In this document: piece by piece, positions 8,951 to 18,683 of the stretch
Position numbering within the stretch: position 1 is the stretch's first letter
Layout: every line of letters begins with the position of its first letter
NCBI GenBank assembly: GCA_964574335.1
Contig: CAZNNH010000001.1
Span: 2,928-66,927 of the forward strand
Length of the DNA stretch: 64,000 nucleotides
Reading direction: 5' to 3'
Source of the DNA: an uncultured Acidobacteriota bacterium
Lineage (GTDB): Bacteria; Acidobacteriota; Vicinamibacteria; Fen-336
Translations under genes and position numbers: made by a program
The notes under the pieces: generated by a model
The model's input: the letters and a program-made list of their open reading frames with translations, nothing else
Told to the model about the DNA's origin: nothing
Database searches by the model: none

Positions 8951-9565
8951 TCAGTCCGTCAGTCGCCGCCCTCCCCCACTGTCCAGCAGCTCGCCGACCG
9001 GTACGAACCGCAGGCCCTTTCGCTCGCCGGCCGCTAGTATGCCATCCAGCGCCGCCAGCGTCCGCGAAGGGTCGGCAATGCCGTCGTGGAGGATGATGAT
9101 GGTCCCTGGAGACAGGTTCTTGGCCACCAGCCACCGAATGTACTTGGTGGGAGTACGGTTCCCGTCGAAGGGATAGGCCGAGCCCAGCACGCAGCGGTAT
9201 CCGTGCTTCCTGAGCAGCTCTCGCTGCGAACGCCGCATGAGGCCTCCAGGTGGGCGATACAGCTTGTAGGGTCCGGCAAGGCCCAAGATAGCGTCCGTGC
9301 GGAGAAGCCCCCTCTCGAAATCAGCGTCCGTCATACGGAGGTTGGATCGGAGCCCGTAGTGATGGTTCCCGATCTCATGCCCGCTCGCCCGAATCCGTTC
9401 CACCAGCTCCGGGAACCGCGCCGCCCGATCGCCGATCAGGAAGAAGGTCGCCCGCGCCTCGTGGCGCTCGAGGACCTCGAGGAAGGCCGGCGTGTGGTCG
9501 GGCGCGGGCCCGTCATCGAAGGTCAGCGCCACCATGGCGGTGGGTCTGTCGACCCGCCAGAACAA
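8951..9565 (-). CDS. Polysaccharide deacetylase (NodB/CE4), possibly 5'-truncated
   Basis: LTFDDGP, ATFF, HEIGNH, YRPPGG, IIILHDG motifs. An in-frame stop lies just upstream of a TTG start. Confidence 0.85.
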   Translation of the reverse strand: MFWRVDRPTAMVALTFDDGPAPDHTPAFLEVLERHEARATFFLIGDRAARFPELVERIRASGHEIGNHHYGLRSNLRMTDADFERGLLRTDAILGLAGPYKLYRPPGGLMRRSQRELLRKHGYRCVLGSAYPFDGNRTPTKYIRWLVAKNLSPGTIIILHDGIADPSRTLAALDGILAAGERKGLRFVPVGELLDSGGGRRLTD

Positions 9566-9591
9566 TGAAGATCATGATGCTTCTCGCAGGC

Positions 9592-10143
9592 TCACTCCCC
9601 TGGCAGCGCCTCTTCGAGCCGGCTTCGGAGAGCCGCGAGCTCGTGTAGGCACTTCTCCTTCTCGACCCGCAGCGAAGGCTCCCGCAGACCGCTCACGGCA
9701 TTCATCCGACGATCGACAAGGCCCAGGATCACGGCCCGCGGCCGCTGGTCCTCTACCTGCCCGGAGCCGTACATCCCACAAGCTACCTTGACTCCGAAGG
9801 CGCCAGCGCGCACCAGGCCAAGCACCCCGTCCGGGTTTCGCGGCAGCGCGTCCTGGAGGGCGGTGGAAAGGACTTCGGAAGCCGCACCGTCAGACGCCGG
9901 GCGCAGCTCGCCCGCTACCGTCAGCCACTCCACGTCTCCTGAAGCAATGCCGTCCGCCAGTGCCGACTCGGCCTCGACGTCACTGAACAGAGCCTGTAGG
10001 GCCCCTCGGCGGCCCTCGACCTCGATCAGACGGCGCACGCCCCCGGCCGTGGCCGGCGGCTCAGCCGCCAGCCCCCCAACGCAAAGGAGCCACGGGAAGA
10101 GCGTCCATCGCGATCGCTTCCACCTTCTGGTTGCCGCCTTCAC
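9592..10143 (-). CDS. Secreted hypothetical protein, paralogue of integron cassette ORF 57465..58052
   Basis: Shares LFSD.EAE.ALA.GIA.G..EWL..A.EL.P.SD, ALPRNP.GVLGLVR and VILGLVDRR plus two Cys with the cassette protein (roughly half identical by eye). Confidence 0.75.
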   Translation of the reverse strand: MKAATRRWKRSRWTLFPWLLCVGGLAAEPPATAGGVRRLIEVEGRRGALQALFSDVEAESALADGIASGDVEWLTVAGELRPASDGAASEVLSTALQDALPRNPDGVLGLVRAGAFGVKVACGMYGSGQVEDQRPRAVILGLVDRRMNAVSGLREPSLRVEKEKCLHELAALRSRLEEALPGE

Positions 10144-10152
10144 GGATGCCCC

Positions 10153-10452
10153 TCAGGGAGTGGCGGGCTCGTCTGGTTGGGGCGCCGGCGCCGCCAAGGG
10201 TGGCGGCTTGCCAACTCCGGCCTGCCGAAGAGCGGCACGCCAAGCCGCTTCGTCGAGTCCCTCGTGGGCCCGACCGCTCCCGGTGTCGAGAAGGGAGTAG
10301 CCCACCGGCCAGGAGGCCGTGTCGGGAACGCCCCTCGCGTGCATCCTGGCGAGCAGGTAGCCAACCGGCAGGGGCACCTCGTAATCCCCCGTGCGCATCG
10401 GGACACAGGCCAGAGGCAGCGCCATGGCACCGAGTGCCAGTACTCCCAGCAT
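10153..10452 (-). CDS. Small hypothetical lipoprotein
   Basis: Hydrophobic leader ending LPLAC. Confidence 0.5.
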   Translation of the reverse strand: MLGVLALGAMALPLACVPMRTGDYEVPLPVGYLLARMHARGVPDTASWPVGYSLLDTGSGRAHEGLDEAAWRAALRQAGVGKPPPLAAPAPQPDEPATP

Positions 10453-10463
10453 TGTCCCAGCTG

Positions 10464-10545
10464 GCCCAACGGACGCTGTTGCTCACGTGAGGGCGCGGCT
10501 CGTTCCCGTGCGGAGACTGTCTGCGGCGTGGCCTGTGTGGACGGC
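10464..10545 (-). other. Degenerate attC-like site
   Basis: Minus strand ...GTGAGCAACAGCGTCC-GTTGGGC lies just before the ATG of 10153..10452. The left arm is only weakly recognisable. Confidence 0.3.
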
Positions 10546-10575
10546 ACCCGGCCACCTACTCCTGCGGACATCACG

Positions 10576-11067
10576 TCAGCTCACCGCGACCGTGAAGACC
10601 GCAATCACTGTGTCCCCTCGGATGAGCGCGTAGCCCTCGCTCCCGGCGAGGTTTCTCCAGAAGCGCTGCCCACTACGATAGTGGACCATCACCTCTCCCT
10701 CACGGACCTGCTCCCGGAAGCTCAGCCACTCCCCATGGGCGAATCCGAAGGGCACTTTCGGGAAGCCCTCGCACCCCTCGACGGCAGCGAGGCCGCGTGC
10801 TTCGATTCCGGAAAGGCTCTCTTGGGCTTCCACGACAGCGTCCGGCCCGTCCATTCCGTGGACACTGCCTGAGAGGATAGAGAGAAGCTGACGCTCGTCT
10901 CCTGAGGACGTGAGTCTTGGCTCACTTCGACGATCCACGTCGTCCCCGTGCCCGCACGCAAGTAGCCCGACCAGGGCCAGGACGTTGAGGCTGCGCTGCT
11001 TGCCTCCGCCCGCCGCCCTCATGCCTGGTCCCGACCCGCCAGTAGTGGGGCGAGGCTCCTGGCCCAC
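10576..11067 (-). CDS. Hypothetical protein (possible lipoprotein; start uncertain)
   Basis: LVGLLAC lipobox-like segment; C-terminus F.SG...W.NLAG.EGYALIRGD.VIA.F resembles short cassette-type proteins. Confidence 0.55.
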   Translation of the reverse strand: MGQEPRPTTGGSGPGMRAAGGGKQRSLNVLALVGLLACGHGDDVDRRSEPRLTSSGDERQLLSILSGSVHGMDGPDAVVEAQESLSGIEARGLAAVEGCEGFPKVPFGFAHGEWLSFREQVREGEVMVHYRSGQRFWRNLAGSEGYALIRGDTVIAVFTVAVS

Positions 11068-11540
11068 CCTCGAATCTCACGCCAATTTCGACGGTCGATG
11101 GGCGGCACCGCCCACGCCAGGATCTTCGGAATGAGCAACGCCGCGCCCCGCCTGTCGAACCGCCCCGCGAAGAAGCCTTTCGCCACAGGTCGGACGAAGC
11201 CACGAACATCGTCCAAGTAGGCGTCGCGGGCCGGTGGCGGTGGACTCGAGATGTGGACGCAGAATAGAGCCACGGGAACACGGCCCAGGAGCTCCTGGCT
11301 GCTCTGGACGAAAGCCACAACCTCCGGCAGCAGGTGGCCCCGGTGAATCGCACTCCCCACGACGACAGCCCGGTAGGCTTCTATCCCCCGTACATCGCCC
11401 ACGGGGAGGACATCGACGGTCGCCCCAGCCTCACGCAGGGTGGCTCCGATCACGTCGGCTATCTCCGCGGTGGAGCCAAACCGCGTCCCGTAGGCCATGA
11501 GGATAGGGGACCTTCCAGCAATCCGTTTCGCCGGCCGCAT
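11019..11540 (-). CDS. Flavodoxin-domain protein (Flavodoxin_5/HemG-like)
   Basis: AYGTRFGSTAEIADVI, AVVVGSAIHRG, VALFCV and DRRNWREIRGWA motifs. Confidence 0.85.
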   Translation of the reverse strand: MRPAKRIAGRSPILMAYGTRFGSTAEIADVIGATLREAGATVDVLPVGDVRGIEAYRAVVVGSAIHRGHLLPEVVAFVQSSQELLGRVPVALFCVHISSPPPPARDAYLDDVRGFVRPVAKGFFAGRFDRRGAALLIPKILAWAVPPIDRRNWREIRGWARSLAPLLAGRDQA

Positions 11541-11571
11541 CGTGCCTTTCGACAACCCCCTCTGGCCTGCC

Positions 11572-11790
11572 TCAGGAAGCGTCCAGGAGCGAGGCCTGCT
11601 CTGACTCGGGGATTGCGATAGGGACGTGCCAATCGGCGGGATATGGGCAGTCCTCACCGCTCTCGTCGAGAATGCGAACATCACCCTCCGCTTCGGCACC
11701 GAGATCAGGGAGCAGAGCGTAGATCTTGTGGCGCCCCAGGGACGCCTCGTAGCCTTCGGTCTGAACGCAGTCGGCACACCCTTTCGTCAT
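11572..11790 (-). CDS. Small conserved-type hypothetical protein
   Basis: C(V)QTEGYEASL...KIY..LPD..AE..G.VRILDESGED..YP..W..PI motif; some positions look eroded. Confidence 0.65.
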   Translation of the reverse strand: MTKGCADCVQTEGYEASLGRHKIYALLPDLGAEAEGDVRILDESGEDCPYPADWHVPIAIPESEQASLLDAS

Positions 11791-11844
11791 GCTTTCCGCC
11801 TCAGGCATGGCCACCTGCGAGGCGCTCCAGAACGAGACCAGCCC

Positions 11845-12184
11845 TCACTGGGTCTCCTCCCCGCGCACTTCATCTGGTGCAGCCTCTTGTGCGATGGCCC
11901 TGCTGGCCCAATACCGATCTGCATTGCAGGCGTGGCACGACGCTCCGAATCCCGCGGTGTGCCAATCGAGCACGAAGTGAGCTTCCTTCCTGTCAACGCA
12001 GGATCAGGTACTCGAATGCGGGCTCTTCTCCCTCGGCACCCTGGAACAGCCGGCTGGAATGGGGCCTGGCCGCATGCCATCTGTTCTGCTCGTTGTAGAA
12101 ACCCTCGACGATGCCGCGTGACTCCAGGAACCGGAGGACCTCGGCCGTGACGTCGCGACGTTGGCCAAGCTGAGCGTCATGCAA
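11845..12184 (-). pseudogene. Frameshifted hypothetical ORF
   Basis: ORF 11993..12184 (...AFEYLIL) continues in another frame as CVDRKEAHFVLDWHTAGFG...EETQ* to 11845. Confidence 0.3.
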
Positions 12185-12476
12185 AGAACCCTCGGCGCCG
12201 TCCCCGAGCCCCCGGACGGCGCCCCCGAAGGTAAGCCGCCGAGCGACCCCCGGTCAACAGGCCCGGCTTGCCGACGAGACGGCACGTTTTTCGTTGACTT
12301 CCCGAACCCACGTGTGGATAGTCGGCCGACCGGTTCATCCCGAGTCGGCCGCACCACGGCGCCAACCCACCCCAGGTCTCTCGTCGGAGGCCCCGACTCA
12401 TCGGGCGGGGTGACGTGGTGCGCACTTAGACTTTTCGCCGGGCCTCGGAAGGAGCCCCGGAGGAAGGAGTGAGGTC

Positions 12477-13910
12477 ATGAAAGCAAGTCGAGCGCCCCGC
12501 TTCCAGGGGGCCGGCATCGTTCGCCTGCCGTTGATGATCGCGGCTCTGCTGTTGGCCCTGCCGGCCAGCCAAACGGCGGCCGCCCAGTTGACCGTGGACT
12601 GCAGCGGCCAACTACCGGGGGCCTTCACGTCGATCACCAGCGCCATCGACACGCTCACCGGCCCGCCCCCCAGCGCCGAGCAATAGGACTACATCCTGCT
12701 GATGGGGGACTGTACGGAGAACGTCAGGATCACCGGAGGACTCCGGCTGTGGATCGCCCCCACGTGGGACCCGTGGCCGTGGGCCGGGTCCACCACGAAC
12801 GGCCCGCTGGCTCGCATCACGGCCGCCGACGCCGGCCAGAACGTCGTGACGGTCGAGGGCTCGGCGGACGTCAGCCTGGTCCACCTCTCGTTGGCCAGCG
12901 GCTCGAACGGCCTGAGCATCCAGGGCGCCGCCTCGGTGACCACCTACGGCGTGGTGGCCGAGCACAACTCCTCCGCGGGCTTCAAGGCGGACAACGGCGC
13001 CGGGCTCACGATCTACGAGGGAGGAGCGTACCGCAACGGCTACTACGGCATCACCATCGGCCTGGGCGCCAGCGTCTCGGCCGCGGGCTCCCAAGCCCGG
13101 TATCAGGAGAAGCCTCTGGTGATCCGCGCCAACCAGGCCGGGGGCATCCGTGTGGACCGAGGCCACCTCTATGCGATGAGCGGCTTTTCCATCCTCAACA
13201 ACGGGGGTCCGGGCTTGACGGCGTATGCGGGCGTCGCCGCCTTTGGCGAGTGGCAGGACGGCCTCACCAGTCGGATCAAGGGGAACCAGGGTGGGGCGTT
13301 CGTCAGCGAGGGCTCGCGGGTCACGCTCTGGGGCCGCGTCGTCGTCACTGACAACGGCGCCTACGGCCTCTACTTGGAGGACGGGGGGAACGCCAGCTTC
13401 ATCGCGTTCACCAGCAGCTCGGAGGAAGTGACGGCAGTGGTCGTGAAGAACCACACCAGCGTCGGCGTGGACGTCGCCGTCAACAGCCAGGCGGCCTTCC
13501 ACGGCTCGCATCGCGTCTCCGTGAACGGATCGGCTTCCGACCCGACCAGCGCGGGGATCCGAGTCGACGGGAGCTCGCACGTCGTCCTCGACGCCGGCAA
13601 CGGCAACTATGCCGGTGGCCCGCCGCGGATCACCGACAACATCGGCCCCGGCATCTCCGCGGACCTCGGCTCCAGCATCGACGCCCGGGCGGCGATCTTT
13701 CGACACAACGCCCAGGAAGGTGTTCGGGTCCTGCACAACTCGGTGGCGTACCTGGGATCGGACAGCCGAGTGGCGCCCAACGCAGGTGGGCCGGTGACCT
13801 GCGACACGACCTCGCTGGTGGTCACCAACCTCGTCAGCGCGAACCCGGCCTGCCCCCAGGTGGAGGCGCCTTCCGGGCCCCGGCCCGAACGCCCGGAGAT
13901 GCCGCAGTAG
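12477..13910 (+). pseudogene. Secreted right-handed beta-helix protein interrupted by an in-frame TAG
   Basis: ORFs 12477..12686 (signal peptide, LTVDCSG) and 12702..13910 (Gly/Asn-rich beta-helix repeats) are in the same frame, separated by one TAG at 12684-12686. GGAG-type RBS before 12477. Confidence 0.75.
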
Positions 13911-13973
13911 GGCCGTCACCCGCCCCCGGTTCCGGGGGCACCCATCCGTCGGCAGGGTCGATCCCAGCCAGGA

Positions 13974-14735
13974 TCAGGAGCCGCCGTTGTCGGCCCTGCC
14001 GGCGGCCGTTGGGACCTCGGTGGTCCGCGGACGCCTCTTCGTCACCACCCCGTCGAGCCGAACCAAATCTCGGATGATCTCGCCCGGCTCCTGCGGCCGG
14101 AGCACGTAGGCGATGTCCGAAAACTCGCCGCGGGGCCGCTCCTCGGTCCGCACCAGGCGGAAGAGGTCCTCGCCGAACCGGATGCTGGCTCGCTCGTTCC
14201 AGGCGAGCTTCTCGCGGGAGCAGAGGACCACCAGCCCGCCGTTCGGCGCCTCGAGGATCCGATCCGGCCGCTCCGGGCCGAGCTGCCGGAGCCTCTGGCT
14301 CTCCCGGGACCTCCTCCGGGAGGTGCGCACCAGCCAGGCGATCGCCGACACCAGCGGATCGCCCACCGGCCGGCCGGAGCCCACCAGGACCACGATCCGG
14401 AAGATCCCGGTGGCGATCAGGTACTCCAGGAGGAAGCCCTCCAGGCTGGCCATGTAGCTGATGAAGTACAGGGGGCTCCCCACGAAGGCGCCGGTCGCGT
14501 TCTTCCCGGCATCCTTCAGCGGGCCGCTCAGCACGATGGCGACGCCCCTGGCGGCGTAGGCCTGGGCGTAGGCCAGGCCCCGGAGGAACCAGACCGGTCC
14601 CAGGGCCACCTGGACCGCGGCCAGCCACCAGCTCGCCTTGACCACGGGCGGCGAGGAGTCGAGGCGCTGCAGGAGCTGCTCCCTCTCGGGGGTCGGGAGC
14701 AGCGCCGCCCAGAGCGCGGCGAGCAGCCGTCTCAA
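13974..14735 (-). CDS. Hypothetical membrane protein
   Basis: 2-3 TM segments followed by a soluble domain; coding-like GC3. Confidence 0.65.
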   Translation of the reverse strand: MRRLLAALWAALLPTPEREQLLQRLDSSPPVVKASWWLAAVQVALGPVWFLRGLAYAQAYAARGVAIVLSGPLKDAGKNATGAFVGSPLYFISYMASLEGFLLEYLIATGIFRIVVLVGSGRPVGDPLVSAIAWLVRTSRRRSRESQRLRQLGPERPDRILEAPNGGLVVLCSREKLAWNERASIRFGEDLFRLVRTEERPRGEFSDIAYVLRPQEPGEIIRDLVRLDGVVTKRRPRTTEVPTAAGRADNGGS

Positions 14736-14979
14736 CAGTCCCTCTCGAGAAGCGACCTCGGCATCACCATGGCTCCCAGGTCAGTCAGATGGGACGGCAG
14801 TCTACCGCCGTCCCGCAGGGGCCGCCAGTGGCCACCGTGTCCCCGGCGGTGAGGGGACTGTCCCTGGCCGGGGACATCCAGCGCTGGCGGAAGCTGGTCT
14901 TGCGGGTCATCGTGGCTGGCACGCAGGCTGCAAGGCACTTCCCCGCCGCTGGTGGGTGTGGGAGGACGAGGAGGTGAGG

Positions 14980-15705
14980 ATGGACGCACGGAAGAGGACG
15001 GCACGCCTGGCCGGTCTGTACTACCTGATCGTCGTCGTGACGGGGATCTTCGCCTTGGTGTACGTTCCGTCGCAGACGATCGTGTATGGAGACGCGGCCG
15101 CCACAGTGGAGAGGATCGCGAGCTCCGAAGGCCTGTTCCGGCTGGGCATCCTCAGCAACCTGGTGTGCGAGACGGCCTTCATCTTCCTGGCTCTCACCCT
15201 GAGGCGCCTGCTGAAGCCGGTCGGCGAGGTCGCCGCGTCGCTGATGCTGACCCTGGTCGTGGTCGCCGTCCCCATCGCCTTTCTCAACGAGACGAACCGG
15301 GTGGCGACCCTGCTGCTGTCGAGCCGGGCCGACTACCTGGCGGTGCTGCTGCCCGACCAGCGGAGCGCCCTGGCGATGCTGTTCGTCCACCTCTACGACT
15401 ACGGCGGCTTCATCGCCGGCATCCTCTGGGGTCTCTGGCTCCTCCCCTTCGGCTATCTGGCCTTCCGCTCCGGCTTCATCCCCAGGGTCATCGGCGTTCT
15501 GGTGATGCTGGCCGGCGCCGCCATCCTGCTGGAGAGCGCGACCTTCCTCGTCGCTCCGGCGTGGCACCCGACAGTGAGCGACGTGACGGCCCTCCCTTCG
15601 GCGGCGGGGGAGTTCGCGGCCATGTTCTGGCTCCTGCTCAAGGGCACACGCAACGTCCCGGCGTCGACTGTCGTGCCCGGCGAGTCGGAGTCTCAGCAGC
15701 CCTAG
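14980..15705 (+). CDS. DUF4386-domain membrane protein
   Basis: ARLAGLYYLI...F.GLWLLPFGYL.FRSGFIPR.IG...GE motif; RBS GAGGTGAGG. Confidence 0.85.
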   Translation: MDARKRTARLAGLYYLIVVVTGIFALVYVPSQTIVYGDAAATVERIASSEGLFRLGILSNLVCETAFIFLALTLRRLLKPVGEVAASLMLTLVVVAVPIAFLNETNRVATLLLSSRADYLAVLLPDQRSALAMLFVHLYDYGGFIAGILWGLWLLPFGYLAFRSGFIPRVIGVLVMLAGAAILLESATFLVAPAWHPTVSDVTALPSAAGEFAAMFWLLLKGTRNVPASTVVPGESESQQP

Positions 15706-17705
15706 TCGAGGGCCCGGAAGCGGATCGCCTCGCCCCCGCCGGGGGCCAGCCGCAGCGTGATCTCGGAGCCTCGCTCGGCCGGGCGCTGGCTGATGGCGAG
15801 GGCGGTCGGGTTGGTCCGCCAGTCGCCGTCCGGGCCGTCGGCGTAGACCTCGGCCGTGTACCTCACCCCCTCGTCGAGGAAGGAGCAGTCGGTCAGAAGC
15901 TCGCGCGGCGACTGGTTGGTGATGCTGCCCAGGTACCAGTCACGGCTGTGCCGGTCCTTGCGCACCACCGTCAGGTACTCGCCGATCTCCCCGTTCAGGA
16001 CACGGGTCTCCTCCCAGTCCACCGGGACCTGGAGCAGGAAGGGCAGGGCCGGATGCCCCTGGTAGTTCTCGGGCAAGTCGGCCAGCATCTGCGTGGGCGA
16101 GAAGAAGGTCACGTACAAGGCGAGCTGCTTGGCCACCGTGGTGTGGACCCGGCGGCCGTCACGCTCCTTGATCATCACGTCCATGATCCCGGGGGTGAAG
16201 TCCATCGGGCTGCAGAGCATGCGCGTGAACGGCAGGATCACGGTGTGCGACGGCGGGTTGCCTTCGCTCCAGGCGTTGTACTCCTGGCCCCGGGCCCCCT
16301 CTCGCGTCATCATGTTCGGGTAGGTGCGACGCTCCCCGGTGTCCTTGATCGGCTCGTGGAAGTTCACCGCCAGGCCGTACTCGGCTGCCTTCTTCAGGAC
16401 GCTCCGGTAGTGACGCACCCCGAACTGGCCGTGGTGCCACTCCGTCATGTTCAGGCGTGAGCCGACCTGGCCGATCTTGATGTTGTGGATCCCCAGCCTC
16501 TGGTAGAGGGCCATGCCGTCGTCGATCTGGGCCAGGTAGTTGACCAGGTTGGAGCCGGTCTCGTGATAGCCGATCAGCTCCACGCCCTTGGAGCGGCCGT
16601 AGGCCACCACCTGCTCCAGGTCGAAGTCGGGCGTCGACTGGGTGAAGCTGAACTGGTGCATCCGGTCCAGGTACCACTCGGGCGTCCAGCCGGTGTTCCA
16701 GCCCTCGATCAGGAGCAGGGGAATGCCGTGCTCGGACGCGAAGTCGATGTACGTCTTCGCGTTCTCGGTGGTGGCGCCGTGCTGCGGTCCCTCGAAGAAC
16801 GTGTACTTGCCGATGTGCATCCCCCACCAGATGCCCAGGTACCGGTCGGGATGGATCCAGGAGGTGTCCCCGAGCACGCTGGGGTCGTTCAGGTTCAGGA
16901 TCAGATAGGACGTGATGAGGTCACCCGGCCGCTCCGCGATCTGGATCGTCCGCCACGGCGTCGTCAGCGGTGTGGCCGCCCGGACCCGGATCCCGTCCGC
17001 CCAGGGCACCAGGTCGCACTTCAGAGAGTGGTCCGGCTGGCTGGCCAGGGTCATGCTCGCGTAGTCGGTCAGGGCCGCCTCGTGGATGGCCAGGTAGAGG
17101 TCGGAGGCGGCACGGATGGTGAGGGGCGTGTGGACCTTGTCCATCTCGCTGAGCCGGGTCTTCTGGTAGAGGTACTCGTAGCGGTTGTCCTGGTAGGCCG
17201 GGATCCACCAGGCGATGTGATCGCCGGTCAGGACGAACTCGGTCAGCTCGTCCGTGAGCAGCAGGTCCTCCATCCCCGCCTGCCTCGGGATCACGTATCG
17301 AAAGCCGATGCCGTCGTCGAAGACCCGGAAGACCACGTCGAAGCGGCGCCCGGGAGAGCCCTGCTCCTGCAGGGTGACCCGCAGCTCGTTGTGGTGGTTG
17401 CGGACCAGGCGCGTCTCGCCCCACGGCTGCTCCCAGGTCTCGTCGTGGCTGTTTCGGGTCGACTCGGCGATCATCAGGCCGTCGGCCAGCGGCGGCAACG
17501 ACTGGAACCGGAAGCCCAGCCTCGACGGCAACACGACGGGTTCCTCCCCGAAGCTGACGCCGTAGGTCGGCGCGCCGTCGGCCAGGGCGAAGGTGACCAC
17601 CACCCTCCCGTCCGGCGAGCCGACGACGAGCGGCTCCGCGCCGGCTCGGGTGGCTCCAGACGCTGCCAGCGACAGGGCGACCGCGAAGACAAAGCTCCTG
17701 CTCAC
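15702..17705 (-). CDS. Glycoside hydrolase family 97 (SusB-like alpha-glucosidase)
   Basis: NELRV, FRVFDDGIGFRY, TPWRTIQI, YLGIWWGMH, LLIEGWN, YHET, NFHEP, EGARGQE, MDFTPG motifs; GTG start with a signal peptide. Confidence 0.95.
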   Translation of the reverse strand: MSRSFVFAVALSLAASGATRAGAEPLVVGSPDGRVVVTFALADGAPTYGVSFGEEPVVLPSRLGFRFQSLPPLADGLMIAESTRNSHDETWEQPWGETRLVRNHHNELRVTLQEQGSPGRRFDVVFRVFDDGIGFRYVIPRQAGMEDLLLTDELTEFVLTGDHIAWWIPAYQDNRYEYLYQKTRLSEMDKVHTPLTIRAASDLYLAIHEAALTDYASMTLASQPDHSLKCDLVPWADGIRVRAATPLTTPWRTIQIAERPGDLITSYLILNLNDPSVLGDTSWIHPDRYLGIWWGMHIGKYTFFEGPQHGATTENAKTYIDFASEHGIPLLLIEGWNTGWTPEWYLDRMHQFSFTQSTPDFDLEQVVAYGRSKGVELIGYHETGSNLVNYLAQIDDGMALYQRLGIHNIKIGQVGSRLNMTEWHHGQFGVRHYRSVLKKAAEYGLAVNFHEPIKDTGERRTYPNMMTREGARGQEYNAWSEGNPPSHTVILPFTRMLCSPMDFTPGIMDVMIKERDGRRVHTTVAKQLALYVTFFSPTQMLADLPENYQGHPALPFLLQVPVDWEETRVLNGEIGEYLTVVRKDRHSRDWYLGSITNQSPRELLTDCSFLDEGVRYTAEVYADGPDGDWRTNPTALAISQRPAERGSEITLRLAPGGGEAIRFRALD

Positions 17706-17794
17706 GTTCCCGCCTCCTTGTGGTGCCGCACCGACTCCCCCATCGACGATCGGCAGGAGTATACCTGCGTGGGCGGACGAAGGCCGGACGCGCC

Positions 17795-18670
17795 TCAGCC
17801 GACCGCGCCGGAAGCCAGGCCGTAGACGGTCCCGGCGGCACCCGTCGCGAGAGCGGGACCCCGAACCATCCGAAGGCTGAACGGGGTCTCCTGGAATCCC
17901 CTCCGCCTCAGGAGCTCGGCGGCACCGAGGTTCGGTCCCGGCAGCGCCACGACCACGGACGCGCCGGCGGCGGCGTACAGCCCCGCAGCCAGAAGCGACC
18001 TCGCGCCATCCGGCTCGAGGCTCACCCATGGCCCGAGCCGCACGCCTCTTGCGGACCGCTGCACCACGAGGAAGCCGCGCAGCGGTCCCACCTCCGGCCA
18101 CCGATAGGCGGCCAGGGCCGCGTCGAGGATCAATCGCACCAGGCGCGGCCGCCGATCCCCGAAGGCCGACGCGTCCAGCGCCGTCAGGCTGTCCAGGTCG
18201 CGCGCGGTCACGGGCGCGCAGCTCGCCGGAGAATCCCTGGCGGCGGCCCTCTCGAGCCTGAACCTCGGAGAGGCGAACTCCTCGACGAAGCCGAGCCGCC
18301 GGTAGATCCCCTCGCCGAGCGGATCGGCCTCCAGCCGAAGCGTGGACAACCCGGCGGCCTCGAGCCGCTCGATTCCCCGGAGCATCAGCCGCTCGCCCAA
18401 CCCCTGGCGGCGGGAGTCCGGCGTCACGATCAGGTTCCCCACCCAGCCGGTCGTCTGGTATCGGGTGGTGGTGACCATCCCGGCCGGTCGGCCCTTCCTC
18501 TCGGCGATGAAGACGCCGTCGGGGTCGTGCTCCAGCAGGGCCAGGAACGACTCCCGGGTGTTGTCCCACCCCTCGCGCGAGGTCTGCTCGAGGGCGAAGC
18601 CGACGTCGGCTCGCGTGAAGCGACGGATGCCGCCGCCGCCCGCCGGTCCGGGAGTCGAGGGGCTGGCCAC
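17795..18670 (-). CDS. GNAT N-acetyltransferase (YitH-like two-domain)
   Basis: GWVGNLIVTPDSRRQGLGERLM, and a second domain AFGDRRPRL...LGPWVS. Confidence 0.9.
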   Translation of the reverse strand: MASPSTPGPAGGGGIRRFTRADVGFALEQTSREGWDNTRESFLALLEHDPDGVFIAERKGRPAGMVTTTRYQTTGWVGNLIVTPDSRRQGLGERLMLRGIERLEAAGLSTLRLEADPLGEGIYRRLGFVEEFASPRFRLERAAARDSPASCAPVTARDLDSLTALDASAFGDRRPRLVRLILDAALAAYRWPEVGPLRGFLVVQRSARGVRLGPWVSLEPDGARSLLAAGLYAAAGASVVVALPGPNLGAAELLRRRGFQETPFSLRMVRGPALATGAAGTVYGLASGAVG

Positions 18671-18683
18671 CTTGGCGAGATGG

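Noticed and set aside
12195-12290. Glycine or c-di-GMP-I riboswitch call
   Set aside because: Only partial motif resemblance; key elements (GGAGAG / CUCUCAGG, or GCAAACC..GAAA..GGGACGCAAAGCC) are missing. Kept only as an unclassified leader.
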